From: Dimorphilus gyrociliatus
Taxonomy: Eukaryota; Animalia; Annelida
Reading direction: 5' to 3'
DNA length: 64,000 bases
NCBI GenBank assembly: GCA_904063045.1
Contig: CAJFCJ010000022.1
Location: 1 to 64,000, forward strand
Both the position numbers and the translations under genes were made by a program. The notes beneath the pieces were generated by a model. The model was not told where the DNA came from. It saw only the letters and a program-made list of their open reading frames with translations, and did no database searches. The number at the start of each line of letters is the position of its first letter. The stretch's first letter is position 1. Below are positions 36,901 through 48,900 of the stretch, one piece after another.

Positions 36901-39900
36901 CTCACAGTTCTTTCCAGTGTATCCAACTTTGCAGTTACAATCATAATCATTGATTTTATCAGTACAAGTACCACCGTGCTTACAAGGATTTGAGATGCAT
37001 TCGTTGATGTTTTCATTACACAAGCGACCTGTCCAACCATGTTCACAAACACATTCATAGTTGTTTATATGGTCGACACAAGCAGCAGCATTAATGCAAG
37101 GCTTAGACGCACATTCGTCGATATCGTCACAGCAATCCTTTCCAGTCCAGCCAGGAGCACATGTGCATCTGAAATCATTAACTAGATCATGGCAAATTCC
37201 ATTGTGTTGACATGGGTTTGGTTTGCAATCATCAATGTTTTCATCGCAATGTTCACCAGTCCAGCCAGCGGCACAAATACATTGGTAATCATTCACAAGA
37301 TCTCTACATGTAGCTCCATTCTTGCACGGATTTGGTTTACACTCGTTTACATTCTCTTCACAAATTCTGCCCATCCAACCATGTTGACAAACACATTCAA
37401 ATCTGTTGACCTTGTCTACACAGGTTCCACCATTCTTACACGGGGATGAATCGCACTCATTGATATTATTTCCGCATGTCTTTCCAGTCCATCCAGGAGC
37501 GCAATTACAATCGAAATCATTGACTAAGTCATAGCAACTACCACCATTTTGACAAGGGTTTTCCATACAATCATCGACATTATCGCAACAGTCTTTTCCA
37601 GTCCATCCCGACGTACAGACACACTTGAAATCGTTCACAAGATCAGTACAACTACCACCATTCAAACATGGGTTTGGTTTACAGTCATCGATATTTATAT
37701 CACATATTGTTCCAGTATAACCTGGTACGCAAATACATTGATAGTTGTTCACCAAATCTTTGCAGGTAGCTCCATTTTTACACGGGTTTTCTATGCAATC
37801 ATCTATATTTATTTCACACATTTTTCCAGTGTATCCAGGGGGACACAAACAACTATAACCATTGATCTCATCAAAGCAAGTTCCGCCATGTCTGCAAGGC
37901 GTGGACAAACATTCGTTAATGTTGATTTCGCAATTCTTTCCAGTCCATCCTGGTTTACATACACATTGATAATCATTTACTTTGTCAAGACAAAGTGCAG
38001 CGTTATGACACGGATTTTCAGCACAATCATCGATGTTATCACAACAATCTTTTCCAGTCCAACCAGGTGTACAAGCACACTGGAAGTCATCAACAAGATC
38101 AGTACAGGTTCCACCGTTCAAACATGGTTTTGGTATACAGTCATCAATATTTTCGTCGCAATGACGACCAGTGTATCCAGACGAACAGATACATTGATAA
38201 TCATTCACCAAGTCTTTACATGTAGCTCCGTTCTTGCAAGGAGACTCAACGCAATCGTCAATATTGATTTCACAATTCTTTCCAGTATATCCAGGATTGC
38301 AAGTACATTTGTAATCGTTAATGAGATCTTGGCAAGTACCACCATGTCTGCACGGATTCGAAGAACATTCAATGATGTTTACACCACAGTTCTTTCCGGT
38401 CCAACCCGGTGGACAACCGCATTCATAACCATTTGGAAGATCGTAGCAAGTACCACCGTTTTTACATGGGTTTTCTAGACATTCGTTGACATCTTCACAG
38501 CAGTCTTTTCCAGTCCATCCAGGATTACAAATACATCTAAAGTCATTAACCTTATCTTGGCAAGTACCACCGTTTAAGCAGGGATTGGATGCGCAATCGT
38601 CAATGTTTTCACCGCAATCTTGGCCAGTCCAACCAGCAGCACAAATACACTGGTAGTCGTTTACAAGATCTTTACATGTAGCTCCGTTCTTACATGGGTT
38701 TTCTGCGCATTCGTTAACATTATCTTCACAGATTCTGCCAGCCCAGCCATGTGGACAAGTACATTCAAAACCATTCACTTTATCAAAACAAGTTCCACCG
38801 TGTTTGCAAGGATTAGATGCGCATTCGTCAATATTGATATCACAATTCTTTCCTATCCAACCAGCTTTACAAACGCATTTATAATCATTTACTTTATCTA
38901 GACATTCTGCTTCATTCTTGCATGGATTTTCAGCACAATCGTCGATATTTTCACAACAATCTTTTCCAGTCCAACCAGCTGTGCAGGTACAACTGAAGTC
39001 ATCAACCAAGTCTTGGCAAGTTCCACCGTTTTGACATGGGTTGGGTTTGCAGTCATCGATATCGATTTCGCATTTTGTACCTGTGTATCCCGATGCACAG
39101 ATACATTTATAATCGTCAATAAGATCTTTACAAGTAGCCCCATTTTTACAAGGGTTTTCAGCACATTCATCAATATTGATTTCGCAACTCTTGCCTGTAT
39201 AACCTGGAGCGCAATTGCACGAGTAATCGTTACTTCCATCGACGCAGGTACCGCTATGACGACATGGTTGAGATGCACATTCGTTAATATTTGTTTCACA
39301 GTCTTTTCCAGTCCATCCAGGAACGCAAGTACAACTATAATCATTAACCAAATCGAAGCATGTACCACCATTTTTACATGGATTTTCAACACAATCGTCA
39401 ACATTTTCACAACAATCTTTGCCAGTCCAGCCAGGTCGACAAATACATCTAAAGTCATCAATAAGATCTTGACAAGTACCGCCATTCAAACATGGGTTTG
39501 GTTTACAATCATTTATATCAATGTCACATATTTCACCAGTGTATCCGGATGCGCAAATACATTTATATCCATTCACAAGATCTTTGCATGTAGCTCCGTT
39601 CTTGCAAGGATTTTCTGCACAATCGTCAATATTGATTTCACAATTCTTTCCAGTATATCCAGGATTACAAGTACATTTGTAATCGTTAATGAGATCTTGG
39701 CAAGTACCACCATGTCTGCACGGATTCGAAGAACATTCGTTGATTTCTTGGCCGCAGTTCTTTCCAGTCCAACCAGGCATACAACCACAATAGTATCCAT
39801 TCTCTTGATCGTAGCAAGTACCACCGTTTTTACATGGGTTTTCTAGACATTCGTTGATATCTTCACAACAGTCTTTGCCAGTCCATCCAGCTGTACAAGC

Positions 39901-42900
39901 ACATTCAAAGTCATTGACAAGGTCTTTGCAAGTACCACCATTAAGGCAAGGTTGAGGGAAGCAATCGTCAATGTTTTCACCGCAATCTTGTCCAGTCCAA
40001 CCAGCGGCACAAATACATTGGTAGTCGTTTACAAGATCTCTGCATGTAGCTCCGTTTTTACATGGGTTTTCTGCGCATTCGTTAACATTTTCTTCACAGA
40101 TTCTACCAGCCCAGCCTTTGGGACACGTACAATCGTAACCGTTTACTCTGTCGATACAGGTTCCGCCGTGTTTACATGGGATGGAAGCACATTCGTCAAT
40201 ATTGATATCACAATTCTTTCCAGTCCATCCTGGTTTGCAGATGCATTGGTAATCGTTTACCTTATCAAGACATTCACCTTGATTTCTGCATGGATTTTCA
40301 GCACAGTCATCGATGTTATCACAACAATCTTTTCCAGTCCAACCAGGCAAACATTGACAACTGAAGTCATCAACGAGATCTGTACATGTTCCGCCATTCA
40401 AACATGGGTTGGGTTTGCAGTCATCGATATCGATTTCACAATTTCGGCCAGTGTAACCAGAATCGCAAATACATTGATAATCATTTACCAAATCTTTGCA
40501 AGTAGCTCCATTCTTACAAGGGTTTTCTTTGCAATCATTGATATTCCAGCCACATCTTTTTCCTGAAAATCCTGGTGGGCATGTGCAAGAATAATCATTT
40601 AGTTTGTCGGTACAACTACCGCCATTAAGGCATGGCTTCGATGCACATTCATCAATATCAATTTCGCAGTTTCGGCCTGTATAACCAGGTATACATGTGC
40701 AGACGTAGTCATTTATCAAATCGTAGCAGGTGGCGCCATTTATGCACGGGTTTTCAGCGCAATCGTTTATGTTATCACAACAATCTTTTCCTGTCCATCC
40801 AGCTACACAAGAACATTGGAAATCATTAACCAGATCGGTACAGGTTCCACCATTCAAACAAGGACTGGATTCACATTCATTGATGTCAGTTTGGCAATTT
40901 GTTCCAGTATAACCAGGAGCACAAATGCATTGGTAACCATTTACTAAATCTTTGCAAGTAGCACCATTTTTGCATGGATTTTCGGCGCAGTCGTCTATAT
41001 TTTTTTCGCAAAGTGGTCCAGTATAGCCAGGTTGACATGTACAGACAAAGCCATTTATTTGATCCCGACAAGTTCCGCCATTTCTGCACGGATCTGAAAC
41101 ACATTCATCAATTGGAACATCACAATTTTCTCCCATCCAACCAGGAGCACAATCACAATAATATCCATTGACCTTATCATAACATGTTCCTCCATTCTTG
41201 CAAGGATTTTCAATACATTCATCGATGTCGTCACAACAGTCCTTACCAGTCCATCCTGGTGGACAATTACATAGGAAGTCGTTTACAAGGTCTTTGCATG
41301 TACCACCATTTAAGCATGGATTCGGTGCACAATCATCAATGTTTTCACCACAATCTTCACCAGTCCAACCGGCAGCACAAATACATTGGTAGTCGTTTAC
41401 AAGATCTTTACACGTAGCTCCATTCTTACACGGGTTTTCTGCGCATTCGTTAACATTATCTTCACAGATTCTACCAGCCCAGCCATGTACACAGGTACAC
41501 TCATAACCATTGACCTTATCAAGACAAGTTCCACCATGTTTACAAGGATTAGACGCACATTCATCGATATCGATATCGCAATTCTTTCCAGTCCAACCAG
41601 CTTTACAAACGCATTGGTAATCATTAATTTTGTCGAGGCATACAGCACCGTTCTTGCATGGGTTTTCAGCACAGTCATCAATGTTGTCGCAGCAATCTTT
41701 TCCAGTCCAGCCAGGTCGACAAATACATCTGAAATCATCAACTAAATCTTGACAAGTTCCACCATTATCACAGGGATTAGGTGAACAATCATCAACATCA
41801 ATGTCACAAATTCTTCCCACATATCCAGCTGCACAAATACACTGGAAATCATTTACAAGATCTTTACATGTTGCGCCATTCTTGCAAGGATTTTCAATGC
41901 AATCGTCAATATCAATTTCACAGCTCTTTCCAGTGAACCCTTCACGACAGTCGCATAAATAGTCATTTACTCTGTCTCTGCAAGTACCGCCATTTCGACA
42001 AGGGGAAGAGGCACATTCGTTAATGTTGGTTTCACAATCCTTTCCAGTCCATCCTGGAACACAGGTGCAAGCATAGTTGTTGATCAAATCGTAACAAGTT
42101 GCACCGTTTTTACATGGACCATTAGCGCAGTCATCGATGTTATCACAGCAATCTTTACCGGTCCAACCAGGGGTACATGCACACTGGAAGTCATCAACAA
42201 GATCAGTACAGGTTCCACCATTCAAACATGGGTTTGGTTTACAGTCATCAATATTTTCGTCGCAATGACGACCAGTGTATCCAGACGAACAGATACATTG
42301 ATAATCATTCACCAAGTCTTTACATGTAGCTCCGTTCTTGCAAGGAGACTCAACGCAATCGTCAATATTGATTTCACAATTCTTTCCAGTATATCCAGGA
42401 TTGCAAGTACATTTGTAATCGTTAATGAGATCTTGGCAAGTACCACCATGTCTGCACGGATTCGAAGAACATTCAATGATGTTTACACCACAGTTCTTTC
42501 CGGTCCAACCCGGTGGACAACCGCATTCATAACCATTTAGAAGATCGTAGCAAGTACCACCGTTTTTACATGGGTTTTCTAGACATTCGTTGACATCTTC
42601 ACAACAATCTTTGCCAGTCCATCCAGGATTACATATACATCTAAAGTCATTAACCTTATCTTGGCAAGTACCACCGTTTAAGCAGGGATTGGATGCGCAA
42701 TCGTCAATGTTTTCACCGCAATCTTGGCCAGTCCAACCAGCAGCACAAATACATTGATAATCGTTTACAAGATCTCTGCATGTAGCCCCATTCTTACATG
42801 GGTTTCCTGCGCATTCGTTAACATTATCTTCGCAAATTCTACCAGCCCAGCCTTTGGGACAAGTACAATCGTAACCGTTTACTCTGTCGATACAGGTTCC

Positions 42901-45900
42901 GCCGTGTTTGCATGGGTTGGAAGCACATTCATCAATATTGATATCACAGTTCTTTCCAGTCCATCCTGCTTCGCAGACACATTGGTAATCGTTTACCTTA
43001 TCAAGACATTCACCTTGATTTCTGCATGGATTTTCAGCACAGTCATCGATGTTATCACAACAATCTTTTCCAGTCCAACCAGGCAAACATTGACAACTGA
43101 AGTCATCAACGAGATCTGTACATGTTCCGCCATTCAAACATGGGTTGGGTTTGCAGTCATCGATATCGATTTCACAATTTCGACCTGTGTAACCAGAATC
43201 GCAAATACATTGATAATCGTTTACCAAATCTTTGCAAGTTCCTCCATTTTTACAAGGGTTTTCAGCGCACTCATCAATATTGATTTCGCAACTCTTGCCT
43301 GTATAACCTGGAGCGCAATTGCACGAGTAATCGTTTTCGCCATCTGTGCAAGTACCGCTATGACGGCATGGTTGAGATGAACATTCATTAATGTTTGTTT
43401 CACAGTCTTTTCCAGTCCATCCGGGAAGACATTTACAAGTATAATCATTAACCAAATCGAAGCATGTACCACCATTTTTACATGGATTTTCAACACAATC
43501 GTCAACATTGTCACAACAATCTTTGCCAGTCCAGCCAGGTCGACAAATACATCTAAAGTCATCAATAAGATCTTGACAAGTTCCACCATTCAAACATGGG
43601 TTTGGTTTACAATCATCAATATTTTCGTCGCAATGACGACCAGTGTATCCAGAGGAACAGATACATTGATAATCATTAACCAAGTCTTTACATGTTCCTC
43701 CGTTGTTACAAGGATTTTCAGCACATTCGTCAATATTGATTTCACAATTCTTTCCAGTATATCCAGGATTACAAGTACATTTGTAATCGTTTATAAGATC
43801 TTGGCAAGTACCACCATGTCTGCACGGATTCGAGGAACATTCGTTGATTTCTTGACCGCAGTTCTTTCCAGTCCAACCAGGCATACAACCACAATAGTAT
43901 CCATTCTCTTGATCGTAGCAAGTACCACCGTTTTTACATGGGTTTTCTAGACATTCGTTGATATCGTCACAACAGTCTTTGCCAGTCCATCCAGCTGTAC
44001 AGGCACACTCAAAGTCATCGACAAGGTCTTTGCAAGTACCACCATTAAGGCAAGGTTGAGAGAAGCAATCGTCAATGTTTTCACCGCAATCTTCACCAGT
44101 CCAACCAGCAGCACAAATACATTGGTAGTCGTTTATAAGGTCTTTGCATGTAGCTCCGTTCTTACATGGGTTTTCTGCGCATTCGTTAACATTATCTTCA
44201 CAGATTCTACCAGCCCAGCCTTTATGACATGTACAATCGTAACCATTTACTCTGTCAATACAAGTTCCGCCGTGTTTGCATGGGTTGGAAGCACATTCGT
44301 CAATATTGATATCACAATTCTTTCCAGTCCATCCTGGTTTGCAGACGCATTCGTAATCGTTAACCAAGTCTAAACATTTGCCTTGATTCTTACATGGATT
44401 TTCAGCACAGTCATCGATGTTATCACAACAATCTTTTCCAGTCCAACCAGGCAAACATTGACAACTGAAGTCATCAACGAGATCTGTACATGTTCCGCCA
44501 TTCAAACATGGGTTGGGTTTGCAGTCATCGATATCGATTTCACAATTGCGACCGGTGTAGCCGTAATCGCAAATACATTGATAATCATTTACCAAATCTT
44601 TGCAAGTTCCTCCATTTTTACAAGGGTTTTCAGCACATTCATCAATATTGATTTCGCAACTCTTGCCTGTATAACCTGGAGCGCAATTGCACGAGTAATC
44701 GTTTTCGCCATCTGTGCAGGTACCGCTATGACGGCATGGTTGAGATGAACATTCATTAATGTTTGTTTCACAGTCTTTTCCAGTCCATCCGGGAAGACAT
44801 TTACAAGTATAGTCATTAACCAAATCGAAACATGTACCACCATTTTTACATGGATTTTCAACACAATCGTCAACATTATCACAACAATCTTTGCCAGTCC
44901 AGCCAGGTCGACAAATACATCTAAAGTCATCAATAAGATCTTGACAAGTTCCACCATTCAAACATGGGTTTGGCTTGCAGTCATCTATGTCAGTTTGACA
45001 ATTTCGACCAGTATACCCGGATGGACAAATACATTGATAATCATTAACCAAGTCTTTACAGGTTCCTCCGTTCTTACAAGGATTTTCAGCACAGTCGTCA
45101 ATATTAAATTCACAATTCTTTCCAGTATATCCAGGATTACAAGTACATTTGTAATCGTTTATGAGATCTTGGCAAGTACCACCATGTCTGCACGGATTCG
45201 AGGAACATTCGTTGATTTCTTGACCGCAGTTCTTTCCAGTCCAACCAGGCATACAACCACAATAGTATCCATTCTCTTGATCGTAGCAAGTACCACCGTT
45301 TTTACATGGGTTTTCTAGACATTCGTTGATATCGTCACAACAGTCTTTGCCAGTCCATCCAGCTGTACAAGCACACTCAAAGTCATCGACAAGGTCTTTG
45401 CAAGTACCACCATTAAGGCAAGGTTGAGAGAAGCAATCGTCAATGTTTTCACCGCAATCTTCACCAGTCCAACCGGCAGCACAAATACATTGGTAGTCGT
45501 TTACAAGATCTTTGCAAGTAGCTCCGTTTTTACAAGGGTTTTCTGCGCATTCGTTAACATTATCTTCACAGATTCTACCAGCCCAACCTTTGGGACACGT
45601 ACAATCGTAACCGTTTACTCTATCAATACAGGTTCCGCCGTGTTTGCATGGGTTGGAAGCACATTCATCAATATTGATATCACAGTTCTTTCCAGTCCAT
45701 CCTGGTTTGCAGATGCATTGGTAATCGTTTACCTTATCAAGACATTCACCTTGATTTCTGCATGGATTTTCAGCACAGTCATCGATGTTATCACAACAAT
45801 CTTTTCCAGTCCAACCAGGCAAACATTGACAACTGAAGTCATCAACGAGATCTGTACAAGTTCCGCCATTCAAACATGGGTTGGGTTTGCAGTCATCGAT

Positions 45901-48900
45901 ATCGATTTCACAATTTCGACCTGTGTAGCCGTAATCGCAAATACATTGATAATCATTTACCAAATCTTTGCAAGTTCCTCCATTTTTACAAGGGTTTTCA
46001 GCGCACTCATCAATATTGATTTCGCAACTCTTGCCTGTATAACCAGGAGCGCAAATGCACGAGTAATCGTTTACGCCATCTGTGCAGGTACCGCTATGAC
46101 GGCATGGTTGAGATGAACATTCATTAATGTTTGTTTCACAGTCTTTTCCAGTCCATCCGGGAAGACATTTACAAGTATAGTCATTAACCAAATCGAAGCA
46201 TGTACCACCATTTTTACATGGATTTTCAACACAATCGTTAACATTATCACAACAATCTTTGCCAGTCCAGCCAGGTCGACAAATACATCTAAAGTCATCA
46301 ATAAGATCTTGACAAGTTCCACCATTCAAACACGGGTTTGGTTTACAATCATCAATATTTTCGTCGCAATGACGACCAGTGTATCCAGACAAACAGATAC
46401 ATTGATAATCATTCACCAAGTCTTTGCATGTTCCTCCATTGTTGCATGGATTTTCAGCACATTCATCAATATTGATTTCACAATTCTTTCCAGTATATCC
46501 AGGATTACAAGTACATTTGTAATCGTTTATGAGATCTTGGCAAGTACCACCATGTCTGCACGGATTCGAGGAACATTCGTTGATTTCTTGACCGCAGTTC
46601 TTTCCAGTCCAACCAGGCATACAACCACAATAGTATCCATTCTCTTGATCGTAGCAAGTACCACCGTTTTTACATGGGTTTTCTAGACATTCGTTGATAT
46701 CGTCACAACAGTCTTTGCCAGTCCATCCAGCTGTACAGGCACACTCAAAGTCATCGACAAGGTCTTTGCAAGTACCACCATTAAGGCAAGGTTGAGAGAA
46801 GCAGTCGTCAATGTTTTCACCACAATCTTCACCAGTCCAACCGGCAGCACAAATACATTGGTAGTCGTTTATAAGGTCTTTGCATGTAGCTCCGTTCTTA
46901 CATGGGTTTTCTGCGCATTCGTTAACATTATCTTCACAAATTCTACCAGCCCAGCCATGTACACAGGTACACTCATAGCCATTGACCTTATCAAGACAAG
47001 TTCCACCGTGTTTACAAGGATTTGACGCACATTCATCAACATTGATATCACAGTTCTTTCCAGTCCATCCTGGTTTGCAGACGCATTCGTAATCGTTAAC
47101 CAAGTCTAAACATTTGCCTTGATTCTTACATGGATTTTCAGCACAGTCATCGATGTTATCACAACAATCTTTTCCAGTCCAACCAGGCAAACATTGACAA
47201 CTGAAGTCATCAACGAGATCTGTACATGTTCCGCCATTCAAACATGGGTTGGGTTTGCAGTCATCGATATCGATTTCACAATTGCGACCGGTGTAGCCGT
47301 AATCGCAAATACATTGATAATCATTTACCAAATCTTTGCAAGTTCCTCCATTTTTACAAGGGTTTTCAGCGCACTCATCAATATTGATTTCGCAACTCTT
47401 GCCTGTATAACCTGGAGCGCAATTGCACGAGTAATCGTTTACGCCATCTATGCAGATACCGCTATGACGGCATGGTTGAGATGAACATTCATTAATGTTT
47501 GTTTCACAGTCTTTTCCAGTCCATCCGGGAAGACATTTACAAGTATAATCATTAACCAAATCGAAGCATGTACCACCATTTTTACATGGATTTTCAACAC
47601 AATCGTCAACATTATCACAACAATCTTTGCCAGTCCAGCCAGGTCGACAAATACATCTAAAGTCATCAATAAGATCTTGACAAGTTCCACCATTCAAACA
47701 TGGGTTTGGTTTACAATCATCAATATTTTCATCGCAATGACGACCAGTGTATCCAGAGGAACAGATACATTGATAATCATTCACCAAGTCTTTACATGTT
47801 CCTCCATTGTTGCATGGATTTTCAGCACATTCGTCAATATTGATTTCACAATTCTCACCAGTATATCCAGGATTACAAGTACATTTGTAAGCATTAATGA
47901 GATCTTGGCAAGTACCACCATGTCTGCACGGATTCGAAGAACATTCGTTGATTTCTTGACCACAGTTTTTTCCAGTCCAGCCAGGTGGACAACCGCAATC
48001 ATAACCGTTTGGAAGATCGTAGCAAGTACCACCGTTTTTACATGGGTTTTCTAGACATTCGTTGATATCGTCACAACAGTCTTTGCCAGTCCATCCAGCT
48101 GTACAGGCACACTCAAAGTCATCGACAAGGTCTTTGCAAGTACCACCATTAAGGCAAGGTTGAGAGAAGCAGTCGTCAATGTTTTCACCGCAATCTTCAC
48201 CAGTCCAACCGGCAGCACAAATACATTGGTAGTCGTTTATAAGGTCTTTGCATGTAGCTCCGTTCTTACATGGGTTTTCTGCGCATTCGTTAACATTATC
48301 TTCACAAATTCTACCAGCCCAGCCATGTACACAGGTACACTCATAGCCATTGACCTTATCAAGACAAGTTCCACCGTGTTTACAAGGATTTGACGCACAT
48401 TCATCAACATTGATATCACAGTTCTTTCCAGTCCATCCTGGTTTGCAGACGCATTCGTAATCGTTAACCAAGTCTAAACATTTGCCTTGATTCTTACATG
48501 GATTTTCAGCACAGTCATCGATGTTATCACAACAATCTTTTCCAGTCCAACCAGGCAAACATTGACAACTGAAGTCATCAACGAGATCTGTACAAGTTCC
48601 GCCATTCAAACATGGGTTGGGTTTGCAGTCATCGATATCGATTTCACAATTGCGACCGGTGTAGCCGTAATCGCAAATACATTGATAATCGTTTACCAAA
48701 TCTTTGCAAGTAGCTCCATTTTTACAAGGGTTTTCAGCACATTCATCAATATTGATTTCACACATTTTACCGGTGTAGCCAGGGGCGCAGTTACAATCAT
48801 AATCAGCTATTTTATCGGAACAGGTGCCAGCGTGTCGACAAGGGTTAGGAGAACAGTCGTTTATGTTTATTTCACAGTTTGTTCCTGTATATCCCATGGG